Below are positions 43,406-57,806 of a stretch of DNA of 64,000 nucleotides, one piece after another. The stretch spans positions 7,936,001 to 8,000,000 of the forward strand of contig OZ059895.1 of assembly GCA_964057225.1 (NCBI GenBank), written 5' to 3'. The position numbers and the translations under genes were made by a program. Source of the stretch: Auanema rhodensis. Its lineage: Eukaryota > Animalia > Nematoda. Position 1 is the first letter of the stretch. Every line of letters starts with the position of its first letter. The notes beneath the pieces were generated by a model. The model saw only the letters and a program-made list of their open reading frames with translations, made no database searches and was not told the DNA's origin.

Positions 43406-44784
43406 CAGCAGACTTTAACAGGTCAAAAGCTTATTTTGTTCTTTTTTTTCTCGTTCACCAAGCGAACACTCTCTTCCTTTCGCCAACGCTTTTAACATTT
43501 CTAATTTTATATTGGCTGTTTTAGTTGACTGTTGCGGAAGACAAATTAATCAAATAAGTTCATTGAGTGTGAATATAGACTATATCCATATTCACTTTCA
43601 TTCATTTTTACTCTCTCTATTTCTCTATTTCTCTCTCTCTCTCTCTCTCTCTCTTTTATACAATTCTTTATATTTAATGTTTTATTTCCTTAACTATCTA
43701 CATGTTTCTTATCTTAATCTTTCTATTAATTTCAATTCTTTTCTGTATACCTTTATAATAGTTTCTATACCTTACTCTCTCACTTACTTCATACTCTTTC
43801 TTCTCAGAATAACTAAAATTCAAACTAATTACTGAGCGCTCTTTTCTCTCTCTCTCTCTCTCTTTCCACAATTTTAAAATTATAAAATATATGAATAGCA
43901 TAATTCAATTATTATTATAATCAATATAGTTTAAAAAAATATTATTTATCTATATTTAGCCAATGCTCTTCTAGAAAATTGAGTACCTGCCATTGCTAAT
44001 AATTATATTAATAATAAGTTAAATAAATTGTTATGAACATCGAGGTTCCTCATCAATATTTTGTCAGCTTTTCTCATTATTCTTATCTTATTTATTTTAA
44101 TTATATGTGAAAAATTTTATTGATGAACTTGAGATAAATTAATAGAGGAAAAGGGAGAAAAGAAACAGTCGAAAAAGAAACAAAAAATAAACGAAAAGAG
44201 AGAGAGGGAAAAGAAAGAAAGAAAGAGAGAAAGAGTGAAAGAGTGAAAGAGAGAAAGAGAGAAAGAAAGAGAGAAAGCGTGAAAGAGAGAAACAGAGAGA
44301 GAAAGAGAAAGAGAGAAACATATAAATAGCTATCCTAGTTATGAGGTTATGACTGTGTCTGGAAATGAGAGAATAGAGTAAAAATAAGGTAAAGGAGGAT
44401 CAAGCTGGACTAGTGTACCTTCGTGAATGAAGTAAACTACTTTGTATTCTCTTTTTGCACTTATCATAACATTCATGATGTTAATCATGATCTAACATCC
44501 ATGACATCATATTCGATGAACAGAGAGAAGGAATAGGAAAATGGAATACAAGAAGGAAAGACGACAGAAGTCATTATTTACTGGATAAGAAGAGAAAAAA
44601 ATGAATATTTTATAATATTTTCCGGCTTTACACATGTTTTTTTGTGTTGATTCTTTTAGTAAAGATTGTAAAGCAGAATATTCAGTATATAATGAAGTAA
44701 AGATTGAAGAATAGGAGAGGAAAGTTATTTTATGATAGTCAGAAGAAAATGGAGATGCGTACGAGAAGTATAAAAGACAGACGG

Positions 44785-44858
<74 letters not shown>

Positions 44859-45385
44859 TGAGGGAGAGGGGGGAGGAGAGGGAGAGAGATAATTATTAAA
44901 AGAGAAATATAACAGTAGAGTGGAAGAATATATAGAGTAAGTAAATTTCATAAGTACAATAATTTTGGAGAGAGCCTACCTTATGTTTATTAAAATGGTT
45001 TTGATCTTAACAAGTCAAATAATACAGGAAAAACTTTTTAAATCTTTTTTTTTTCTGTATGAATACTTAATTTAATTAATATTTCATATTTCATGAAACG
45101 TAAAAACAGAAGGAGAGAAGAAAGAAAGAAAGCGAGAGAGAGAGAGAGAGAGAAAGAGAAAGAGAGAGAGGGGGGAGGGAGAGTGGGAGTAAAAGAGGGA
45201 GATGGACATACTTGACCAAAGGTTTTAACTCTGTGATCGGCAATGTCATTGACAGATTACTGGATTAATTTTTTTTTTGAAAATTAGAAAGAGTGAGCTA
45301 GCATAGTGAGAAATAAATTATAGAAATAAAAGGAAAAATGATGCAGAGGTGCATGAAAAGATAGAGAAAAGGGAAAAGAGGGAGG

Positions 45386-45439
<54 letters not shown>

Positions 45440-48400
45440 CAGAGAGACAGAGAGAGAAAGGCAATAAGAAAGAGATAGAGAGAGAATGTGAATTTAGTTG
45501 AACGAGATAGTCATGACAATTGTGACACATTGAGCATAAGAGCTTTTTTCAGAGATTAAGAGCAAGAAGATGAAGATATTTCTGAAAATTCAGGAGAAAA
45601 TCTTCCAATGATCATTGGAATTCAATGACTTCATTTCTTCCTTTCAGTTTTCTTTCTTCCTTCGTTCTATCTTTCTATCTCAATATCGCATCATTCGGGA
45701 TCTTCATGCTTGATAGTTCAAGCTGAATCATTTGCAGTTTTGAAACATCTGCCGACAATTTCAGATTTTCTTTTTCTGGAAAGCAGAAATCTGTTTTTCA
45801 GAAAAATAAAATGAAAATATAATTTAAGAAGATTTATCTATCTATCTATCTACATGTATGAATGTATATTATGAAAAATATTAATGAAATTAAAATATTA
45901 AGATTCAAGTTAAAAAGAAATTATATAAAATGAGTATTTTAATGAAAAAATGAAGAAAAAAACAGGCAAAATAGAAATTTTTCTCAGAAAATCTTCAGAG
46001 AATGATCAGAAATCTTCGATTACATTAGTACCTTCATTACTGGAAAGTTGCAAAGCTACCGTACAATCATCTGATTGATACAAGGTTATAGAGTAGAATA
46101 GACAGATCAACAGAGAATATTAAAAAAAAAAGAAAAGAAATATACTCTTCGTTCTGTTTTTTGATAAAAAAATTTAAAAAAGATGATGTGTCGCAAAAGA
46201 ATTGATACGATGTCTTCGAGTAAGAACAAGAAGTTGATCTCATCTCATGATGATGAGATGAAATGGAAGCAGTGTTATGAACAAGAAGAAGCAGTAGCAG
46301 CAGTAGCGGCATAAGAAGAAGTTGAAAAAGAAACAAGAAAAAGAAGAAAATACAACAAATTAGATTAAGCATATTCATATATATATAGTATAGTATAGTA
46401 TATATATATTTAAATATTAGAAAAAGAAAATATGATGATGTTAGAAACAGAAGAAATGGGAAAATTAGAATAGACATAAGATGTGAATGAAGATAAAGAA
46501 GATGAAGTTACAAAGTATATGTTATAATGACGAAAAAGTAAATAAATTAATATTAGATTAAGAAAAAGAAATATGAAAAAAAAAGAAGAAAACAACAAAA
46601 AAATGAAAAAAGAGTGAAATTGGTTGAAAAGGAAAAAAAACAAAAATGGAAGTAAAATGAACTTTGGAATTGAAGAATATTAATAAGTATTCGTACATGT
46701 ATTGAATCCAAATGACAGAAACTTGTGACCAGGAGGATACTTAATCTTTCTCTCTATCTCTCAACTCTCGTAGTAAACTGTACTCTTTTAGTTTCTTTTA
46801 ACTTTAGCTTTCTGGTCCTCTTGTTTCGACTCTTTCTGCCATTTTTCTTTCATTCTCTCTCGTCTCTGTCTTTCTATCTTTCTCTCTTACTCTCTATAAC
46901 ATATTTTTCCTCTTCTTACTTGTTCTTTCTCTCTCTCTTTCTCTTTCTTTTCCTTCTTTTTTCTTTCCACTCTCTTTTTCTTCAATTCAACGAGTTCAAT
47001 TCGTTTTACATGCATAGATGATTAAGCTATCTCATTCAGACGACAGCTTGTCAAATGCTTAAGACCGTTGTTGCCTTGACCGTTTGCCAAAAGCTCAGTC
47101 ATCGATATCGAAGTAGATGTCGATGTCTGCCTCAGTTCAAGCACTTGGAAACAATGATATCACCAATGATGATTTGAATGAAAATAGTATGATGTGAAGC
47201 GGGAGAAGAAAGCCTGAGGGCAATATAGTAATAAAGCTCTGAATGAAAGCGAAAGCTTTAAGAACATAGTCGGAAACAGTAACATTGGAAATTTTTTTGA
47301 TACATCAAGAGAATGCTTACATTCCCAACTAGATGTAGCAATAGCTCCCAAAGGAAATTTTATATTCTTCACAGTGTTTTATAGTAAATTATGATACTGA
47401 TGATACTTATATCTAAATATATCGCATTTTTTATATTGAAAGATCATTCAACAACTAATTAACATAAATGCTAACTATAAAGTAATTTTTCACATGTTCC
47501 CACGTGTATTTGACATTATATTCTTAATCAATGACGTGTCAATCGGTTGTATTCATTTCATTTTCTTTTACTTCTTTCTCTCTTTCAATTATTTCAGCTG
47601 ATTAAATCTTTTTTTTTTCGTTTCTGAATCGTTTCTTCTAAATGCTCTATTAGGGTTAGCTTTATCATTATTTATTTTTCTTCATAGTTTCTTCTCAATT
47701 TCTCTCATTTTGCCCTAAAAAACAGAACAACAGTATTAATACCGTTGGGAATATTGTGTTAGATGATGAACAAAATACGAAATTCAAAGAAAGACATCCT
47801 CATATTGTCAATTCAAAGACAAATTTTTAAATGAGAAATGAATTATACTGTTTTTCAAATAAATATATAAGTAGTGTTAGTAGCAATATTTCATATAAGT
47901 GTAAATGTATGTATGTATGTACATATCAGTAGATACAAGAAAAGACAAAAACTGAAATTTAGTGCTTATTCAGTCCCTTTCTAAAGCATTTGCCCTTCTA
48001 TATGAACCTCTACTTTCTTTCAGATTTTTCTTTTATTCTAATTGACTGAAAAATAAGAATCAATTTGCTCTATTCTTCTTAAACGTCATTGATATTCAAC
48101 GATAAGCTTGCCCCTGGAGGAGTACTCGCAAATAGTTTAGATGAGATATCAAGGTAATTAACTTCTTTTTTCCTTCGAAGAACTAAAAAAATGTTAAATT
48201 TACCCAGATATTGAAGTTTGATGTATCAGTCGTTATCCAAAATTAACATCTACTTCTTATGTGAAAATTAAAAAGAGTAAAGAAAACCAAAATTAAGAAG
48301 ATGAAAAAGGAGATGACAACGAAATCGATGTCAACGTCGAATGAACGGAATCAGACGAAGAAAGCAGAAGCTCAAAGAAGAAGATAACAACTTCAATCCG

Positions 48401-51400
48401 GAAAAGACAAAGAGTTACTGATTTGACTAACTTGTAACTATCGAAAAGATACAACATCAAATTCAATTCAGAAAAAAAGCTGAGAAAAAGTAAAAAAAAT
48501 TCATTTTCTATATAATCAAAATGGATTTTTCTCTATTTTCGTTTGTTTGCCTCTAAACGAACTCAAATGAAATGAAAAATTGAAATTCTTGGGAATATAG
48601 TTTATATTTATGCTGAAAATACTATCAATCTGTTTAACTGAAAAACAAATTGTAATCAGGTGGATATTCTGATGAAAATGCTGGACATGCTTGCTGTATG
48701 TTGTAAGATCTTTTCTTTTTCTTTTTTTTTCAAAAACTTTTAGAGCACAGTTTGCAGAAAACATTCCGAAATTCGGAAAAACAAGAAGAATAGGCTGGAA
48801 AGAAACATTTACGCAGAAAGTACTCTCACTGATCAGCGTCTTCTACATTTCGATGACTATGACGACGATCAGCTGAGCAAGGAACATGCAGGGGAATTAG
48901 AATATGAAAAGTAATTTTCAAGAAGGATAAAGATAAAACATTGAAAGCCGAACGATAATTCAAAGAATGAAGTTGAAACGGGATCAAATGATACAAATTA
49001 TTTAATTTATCTGTCATGTATCCAGTATAGTAACTACTGATCCAATAGTCTATTCCTTCAAAAATTTTCGAAGATCAAAAATGAGTCAGCAGGAGAAAAA
49101 AGAAAAAAAGAGCAGAACTAAGACAACAGAAGAGCAAAATGGAAACATCGAAACTCACGGGGGAATTAGAAACAATTAGGTCGATAGACCAGGCAGATAG
49201 CTCCTCAATATGTGTAAGAAAGGAGAGAGGAGTAGAAAGAGAAGGAAGAAAGAGGTAGACAGAGAGAGAGAGAGAAAGAGAAAGAGGAAAAACTAGTAAC
49301 TATGATATAGAAAGGAAGGGTATGTGAAAATGAAAAGTGAAGTAGAAATACTAAGAAATTTACTTGGAATGGATAGGCGTAAGAAATAGGAAAAACCATC
49401 TCTATACCCTTTACATGATACCGGATCTTCTCGAAGCAAGGAAAATTGAAAAGAAAATTTTTCCTAACTTCTGACTTCGTCTAAGTTACCCACAGAGGAA
49501 GCATCCCTTTCACACATTTAGCTTCTTCTGACTTCTTTCACTCTTCAGCTTACCCCCTACTTCCACTTCCTTACTCTACCCCTTCATCTCTCTCTACTCT
49601 TTCTCTAACACAGCCTATTAACGAAAGATCAAAAATGTATTTCTTGTTCTCTGATGACAAATTTGGTGTAGGGGTGGGGAGATAGAAAAAGCAAGAAAAG
49701 TGTGAAAATTAGTTCATTTTCTAATATATCTATATCCTTCATCTTCTTAGTCATACTGCTAATTCTTGCAATACTTTTAGCCGAAAAAAATAAAAAGGTT
49801 AAGAGCAAAAATGTACTAAATTAAGTTGTAAAGAGAGAAAAGATACACATGATCTTTGAACTAACTATATAAGCGATGTGGAAGTATGCTGATTATCCAA
49901 AACGAGTTAAGAAATACTCTGGTATTGGAGGGGGGGGGGGGTTTGACAGAAAAAGAATACGAAAAAGGGAGAGAGAGGGAGAGAGAGGGAGAGAGAAAGA
50001 GAGAGAGAAGGATGGGTGTGATACAACAGCAGCATAGTTTAATACTGAAGAAGAAGAAGACGAAGAAGTAATTAGTTGAATTCGAGAACAACATGCTGAC
50101 AATTCGTTGAAAAAGCCATAAAAGGAAATATGTAAGAGAAATAAGAGATACAGACATGCATAGAAAACATAGCGAGCAAGAGTTGAGAGAAAAAGAAAGA
50201 AAGAGAGAGAGAGAAACCTTTAGCGAATAGCTTCTTAGCATCATATACCATCTGTCTTAATAAGAAACCTACAAGTTGCTTTCGAACGCTCCTCAACTTT
50301 GAAGATCTAAGAATGACGTAGTTAATGAAGGCGACTTCTGATCGTGGATTCCATAATTCAGAAAACGCTATGGTTCGAAGAAGAATATTATTAAGAAGAC
50401 GAAGAAAAAGAATTTGATGAGAATTAGCTTACAAGTTGTTAGGAAGAAACATAATCATAACAGAACATGATATCAGTCAGAAGAGTAGTAGTAATATATT
50501 GTGAAAAATGATTTTTCTTTCTTTGATTAAATGTCACAAAGAGCTTTAACTTAAAATAAATTCTGTGTAAGCGGGAAAAAATAACCGAATAAGCTATTTC
50601 TTTTCATCTAATTACTATAAAAATCTATTAACACCTCAAGAGTTAATGCTTAGTCTTTTACATACATTTATAAATTTACAATAGAGAAATAGAAAATATG
50701 AGAGGTTTATAAAGAAAATGTATGTCTAGAAAAGAGAGAGAGAGAGGGAAAGAAATCGAGGGAGAGAGAAAGAGAGAGAGAGAGAAATCGAGAGAGAGAA
50801 AAAAAAAACTTTTTTTTACTGTTCATAGAACAAGCTTGTAAAATAAGGAAATAGGGAATAACCCGGAAGGAAAGCTGTCTCAAACAGATGATCAAAAATA
50901 GCAGTAGCAGATTCATCATGAAGACCACATCAAATGAAATCATCTTCAAATATTCAGTAGCACTCACCTTTCAATTAAACTTAGTTCTAAATTGCATGAC
51001 TCTCTTTCCAACCTATTTCTCTCTCTCTCTTTCTCCGTTTTCCATTTTGTAGTCTCGGCTTTTTACTTTCTTTATTGCTCACTGTTCTATATCGTCGTCA
51101 TATTCATCATAATCTTCATGTACTAAGCACAATAAAGCATCCAACATACTACAGATGAGTTGGTGCGTGAAAATGACGGCAAAATTTCTCGCAGAAAATT
51201 TTAAGAGCATAGAGAATGAAAAATAAGTTTGTGAATTGCTAACTTTAAATATTTGGTCATCATAAAGCATAAATGTTAAAGTAAAATCTTAATATATAGA
51301 GAGAAAGAGAGAGAGAGAGAGAAAGGGAGGGGAGAGAGAGAAAGAGAGAGAGAGAGAGAAAGGGAGAGAGAAAGGTATGTATATAGATATGTAAGAAACA

Positions 51401-52655
51401 GCATTTGCTTCTTCACATTAAAGTATTGAATAGAAAAAAATAAGAAAGCATAATTTATAATAATTATAATAATATTAAGTATTATTATAATTTAAATTAA
51501 TCGATTAATTATAAAAATAGCAATTTATTTAAAAAGTTAGAAATTTGATGTTAAACTTGATACAATTTGAAGGTTTTATATTGAGAATTGAACGCTTAAT
51601 AAGGTTTCCACGCACATTCATGTTTCAAAGCTACATTATCCATAACAGGTGTTAATATACATATATATATATATATAAATTCGTAATATAAGCTTTACAT
51701 ACTATGAAGAATCCAAAGATTTTTTTATAAAGAAAGGGAGGATGAATTAACTATTTTTCATACTAATACTATACAAATTTTAATTATATGAAATTATAAA
51801 TATGTTATCCTATTAAAAAAAAGTTTTAAATGTTGATTCTTATGAAATTACTTTTAAAAATTAAATTTTCTTTCTTCACAGTTGAATAATGGATACTCTT
51901 TGTTGCTATCGTGCATCTCATTCAATATTTTAAATGTTATCAAATCTTATAAAACTTACAAACTTCAATTTTTTTTTCAAAAAATTGTTTTAAAATTAAT
52001 TTTCATCTTAATTATAATATTATATGTATTAAGTATTTATTTTTAAATTTTAATATCGTATACTTTTGACTCCTTTGTAACGCTGCAACCTATTCTTGAA
52101 ATTATGAGAAGATATATAACAGTTTATTTAATATAATTATAATTATTTTATTATAATTATAAATATTCTTTAAAGAGAACAAAATAATTTTTGAAGTCTT
52201 AATATTAGAAGAAGAAGAAAAGGAAGAAGAAGAAAGATTCCTTATTGAAAAATTCTTTAAACTTCCTCATTTTGACATCATGCATTACATGAAACATTTC
52301 ATTTATTTTATAATTCTGTTGCACAATTTAAAAAAAATTGTAATTTAGAAGAATAGGATTAAAACAAATTTGAATGATTTGTATTTGAAATGGCTACTGC
52401 TATTCATTAAGAACACAAATTAATAGTTTTTTTTTTCTTTATACAAATTTCAGAGATTTCTTTTAAATTTTCTTTTGTTTCAAATTTTAAAAAATCTATT
52501 TTAATTTTTTTTTGTCTTTAAAGAACAAAATTAAATAATAATCTTTAATTAATCCATTTTTAAAATAAAATTATATGTTGCCACTTATGAAACCTGTATA
52601 TGGCTTCATGTTTCATGTACTACATACTCTAAAATTCTACAAATAACTATATCAT

Positions 52656-52686
<31 letters not shown>

Positions 52687-54575
52687 GTGTATATTTTAAT
52701 TTTAAATTATAACAAAATTTCAAAACAAAAATGTTTTTGAAAAGAAAAAAAAGTAAAGGAAGGAAGGAATAACAAACTGTTCAGTGTATATACATACGTA
52801 TGTGTCTTCTTATCTATTCAGAAAAATTCAAAAAATACACATCTGAATTGCCTTTCTTTTACAAAAGAAATTATTGAAAATAATTTAAATAAAAGTCTAA
52901 ACGTATATTCTCATCTCAGTTCATATGAATTCAGAATTCCTTTTTTTCTCAGTGATTATATACATCTTAGATCTCCATATGTATAAATGAACAAAAGAAT
53001 AGAAAAATCTAGCTCTGTGTGATATGATTAAGACTAAATTTCTATTTGTAGTTAAGATAAACGCTAAATTAAAAATAGTTTTTGTCTTTTAATTTAAAAA
53101 AAAAAGATTTTAACTATAAAAATCAGACATAACTTATATGTAATTCGAATAAATTGTAATTATAAATTTCTTAAATAACAAAGTTCAACCGTTCTAAATA
53201 TGTGACTAGAATTGAATAGATGATGTTCACGTAATATTTCACGTGAAATGTATTTGTCATCAATATAATATTCAAATATTAATGTAAAAATATAAATTTA
53301 TATTAATAATAAACATAAAATATAAATATAATATATATGTATATATATATATATATATATATTGTGTTATATGTATTTATGTATACATATACATAGATAT
53401 ACATATGTATAATGAATAATTAACTTATTCGTTGTGTTTATCACATTTTTTTTTGTTCCAACATATCTATCAGTTTCGGCTTCATGCACTTACAAGTGTA
53501 GGCGATTACATAGATTTTGTTTTTTTTTCTTTTAAATTTTTAACTATTTTGTTCCTGTTTTCAAAAATGAATCAAAGAGATGACAATTACATATAATCTT
53601 GCGTTTGTTTTCGTTGTAAAACAAATTTTTCATAAAAATGTTTAAATTCCGTACTTCTCATCTCTCTGCCTCAACGCCTATATGCAAATACATCTATATG
53701 TATTATATATGTTTTTTTTTAAATAAATATAAAATATATTTTATAATATTTATATTTTACATATTTAATATATATATATATATTTGTATATATAATTACT
53801 TATATATAGTTATATATATATATATATATATGTTAATTTACAATATAAATGAAATAAGGAAAAAAAAATATATTGTACGAATAAGAAAACCCGTAATTAT
53901 TACATAATATAAAGAGATAGTATATTAAAGTTTTCAAAGTATATTTGCAATATAATTGGGATGAAGATCTATCTGGATGTTTCGAATAACCAAAATCATA
54001 TTCTTTTTCAATTTTTGTAAATATTTCAAACATATAATAAGATGTATACGTGGAAAATATCGACAAAATGAACTATTAAGTAATATTAAACTAAATATTA
54101 ATTGTTACTGTAACTATTATGACGTTTAACGTGTTACGGTAGCGTATACCGTATCAGTAGTATGTACCGTATAAGCAGCGCAAAATGTGTACCATGATGT
54201 ACTATAGGTACTGTAAGAGCATGGCGAGTAGTACAATATAATGGATGAATTGGGTCAGAATCAGAAAGTAGTATAGTATTGAGATAAGAGAGGCAAGATT
54301 ACATGACGGGATAATGGAGACAACATGAAAGTATGTATGTACTATAGCTGAGATAGAATGAATATACTAAAGCATAATCATAATAGTTAAAGAAGTAATT
54401 AGAGAAAAGAAAACATTAATATTCTTCAAAACTATGAATATGTGTGTGTATGTGTGAAGTATATAGATATATATCTCCATATTAAACAAATAAATTCTCA
54501 AAAATGAGAATTATTTATAAATATAATAATAATAATAATAATAGAGATACATACTTATATACTATATGTAAATTA

Positions 54576-57500
54576 TTAGCAGATATTTAAGGGACATTTG
54601 AGACGATCAGTTTCTAATGCAACAGAGAACAGACAGAATAGTATATACGACACAATCATAATGATTCCAAATGCTTTGTTCATTCTAAAATATATGATAT
54701 AGTAAAAGCAAAAAAGATGTAATTGTCATCTTTTTTTGAAGAGAACAAATTGTTTATACTTACTTCCAATGTGATACAAAAATGCTGAAAACGAGAACGA
54801 CGAGCATTATGAACAGCATTCCAACAGAACATAATAGACCCTTACTACAATGAATAACATAATTTTTATAATAAATTTATTAAGTTATATATCATACCTA
54901 CTAACTGAAATAGAATCTGGTAAAATTCCACTACGCATTTGTTCAAAAACAAAGTATAAAAGCCATGGAACTGGCAGTCTGAAAACGATGTTTAAAATTA
55001 TTTATTTATTTAATAAAAATAATTTTTAATTACAAGATAAATATATGCTATACTATATGTATGTAGTAAATCATACCCGACACAAACATCAAAGATGTTA
55101 CTGCCAACCGAACTGCTTACAGCCATATCTCCAAGTCCCTTTCTTGCGACAATCACACTTGTTATCAAATCCGGAATACTGGTACCAGCAGCCAAGATTG
55201 TTAATCCAATAACCTAAGATAAGTTCAATTACTTTATCTTTCGTTTGTTAGATTTATGATTTACCTCTGTTGGAATAACAAGAGTTTCTCCAATTGTATT
55301 AGCCCACCAAACCATTAAATAAGAAAAGAAGGCAATCCAAAGGATTGAAGTAATGAAAGTGATAGGATACCATTTACGACATTCCTATGATATGTTATGA
55401 ATTTTTGAATTTTCTATTATTAAATGCTTACAGTCTTCCTGACATCAGGAATTGTTACCCACATTGGGATTAGAATGGGCGCAAGACACACATAGGTTAG
55501 ACGCTTCAGCCACTCATCTGGCCAAGACATATCCAATGGTTGTTCTTCTTCCTCTTCCAATAGTGATTTCTGATATATTAATATATGAATTGATAATAAT
55601 ATAAACTATAATCTTACAATTTCTTCAATTTGAGATGAACGACGATCACCGTGTCGAATTGGAATTGTTAGTTCCGTTTGTTTAACTGGATTTACAGGAG
55701 TAGCTTGATGATTCATAGAACCTTTTTCAGCAGAACGTCTTGAAGTATCATCTTCTTCACTTTCACCTAAACAAGCTTCATATTAGTCGTTTTCTAAGAA
55801 ATGATCTTTACCTTCTGGCAAGTTCTCCAATGTGTGATTCATGAGTTGCATGATACCAGTACGGAACATAGTACCAGAATGCAAAATTGGAATAGATTGA
55901 CGTCGTCCAAGAGATGAACTTCTGAATCAATTAATTTTGAAAATATGATCTCATGTATATCTAACTAACCTCCGAAGGGAATGACTTCTCTCATTCCGAT
56001 ACATCTCTTCAGGTTCTTTGTATTCCAAAGTATTCTAGACGATGTCATGATTAAAGTTATTTTTCTGTTTCAAACATACATTGTTGCCATTCAATCGAGC
56101 ATTAATTTGGGTTGTATTGTTCAATGAAGCATTCTCTTCAGCATCATCATCATCAATTGTTTGTCCGAGAATTTTAGTTTTTACAAAAATCTTTAAGAAA
56201 ATACAGAATTATATAAGATTATTATAAGATTAAACCTCCAATTTAACATTGTATTTCATGAGAATACAGTATAAGAGATAAACGATGAATAATGATAATG
56301 CTTCAGGCCAAGTGATCTAAATCAAAAGATATAACTTTGATATTTGAAGAACAATTTTTCAACAAATTCAAAAAGCTAGCATTGCAACTTTTATATAATT
56401 TTTTTAAAAATTGACTAGAAATTACTCTTTCATCCAGGAAAAATATAACAAGCATCATCAATGCAATCATGTAGATAGTCACGTCTCTGCAAAAATTCAA
56501 AATAACTTTGGAACTTTTCACAAATAAAAAATAATTTTCAAATTACCGGAATAATGGCCACCATGTTAACTGTAATACAGTTGTTGAGAAGAGAGTACAA
56601 CATGCTAAGACGCAAAGAATATTAAATGTTGCACTTCCTAGAATTAAATAACTTTTATTGATTTCAACAATTTTTTTTAAATTTGAAAAATTGAAAAAAA
56701 AAACTTCAACTCACCAACAATAGTTCCAATACCCACATTATTCTGAGCAATAAATACTCCAATGACGGATGTGAAGAATTCCGGAGCTGAGCCTAGAAAT
56801 CGAAATATGGCTTTCAAGCTTTTTCTGTTTTCACAATTTAACTATTCAAGTTGGATATTGGAATAGATGCTTTTCGAAAGGATTTCAATAAACTATATAT
56901 GTGTAATTATTATAGTTTTCATGGAAATAGCTAATTATGTGTAATCATCAAGTTTTAAGTTTTATGTTGTATACCAACCTATACATCGGTAGGTGTGCAT
57001 ACAACTGCATCTAATCGGCTCAAATGTATGAATGTATGAGAAAATTTTTGTTTATATACTTATAGATATATAGCTTTGTTGTAAGTACCTCCTGCTGCCA
57101 TAAATGTAGCTCCAGCTACATCATCAGAAATTGAAAGTTTTTCTGTTAAAACGGCTAGAGATGGCACGAAAAATTCATCACAGACAATAGCTAAGGCCAC
57201 AAACATGTAGATGAGGCCACACACATGAAGTAATACTGAAAAATGAAAATTTTTATGTTATAATATACTTTTCTTGTTCTGTTGTTTCATTCAATAAGTT
57301 TTTAAACGGTTGTATTTGCATCATATGTTTTTTCTATATTCAAACTTGCTCTCTAATCTCTTCTCTTCATCTCTAGCAATTCTCTGTACCTGCTCCCTTT
57401 TGTCGCTGTTCTATCGTGAAATAATCTGGTGGAAATTGTCCATCATCTTCTGGAGGAACTCCAACATCTGAGACCCTATGAGCTGATGAGCTGAAAGATA

Positions 57501-57806
57501 TAATGAAAAATGTTCATACAACCTAACTTCAAAAGCTATATCTTTAAATGTGATTTGAGGCTTATTTATATAGAAAATATATAAATAAAGTACAAACCTA
57601 TTTCCACATGTTGGAAGTAGAAACATATAAAAAGGACGGGATGGTATAAGTACTTCTTTAGCGGTTTTAACTGGCGTTGTATCTGATGTAACATTGTCAG
57701 TATTTCCGGAGTTGCCGTAGACGACAAGCCCAGTTACCGCAACTAATGAGATGATCAGACGAACCGTCCGTTTTGTTGCCAAAACAGAGCTGTTTGGCCG
57801 AACCAT
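54576..57806 (-). CDS. K+-dependent Na+/Ca2+ exchanger (NCKX, SLC24 family; nematode ncx-4/ncx-5 class), ~622 aa, 17 exons
   Basis: Exons 57806-57598, 57490-57390, 57235-57089, 56792-56715, 56637-56547, 56486-56426, 56316-56236, 56190-56080, 56034-55970, 55921-55812, 55766-55618, 55569-55432, 55384-55265, 55213-55077, 54978-54898, 54844-54764, 54684-54576 (1869 nt). Alpha-1 repeat [10 protein letters not shown]...[21 protein letters not shown]...[12 protein letters not shown]; alpha-2 repeat [40 protein letters not shown] with the Asp linked to K+ dependence; WWPLFRD and PLDMSWP motifs. Confidence 0.95.

Noticed and set aside
48090-48390. + strand exon-like blocks around a 56-nt GT-AG intron (48153-48208)
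   Set aside because: All frames stop soon after the junction, so coding status is unsupported; a spliced non-coding RNA cannot be excluded.
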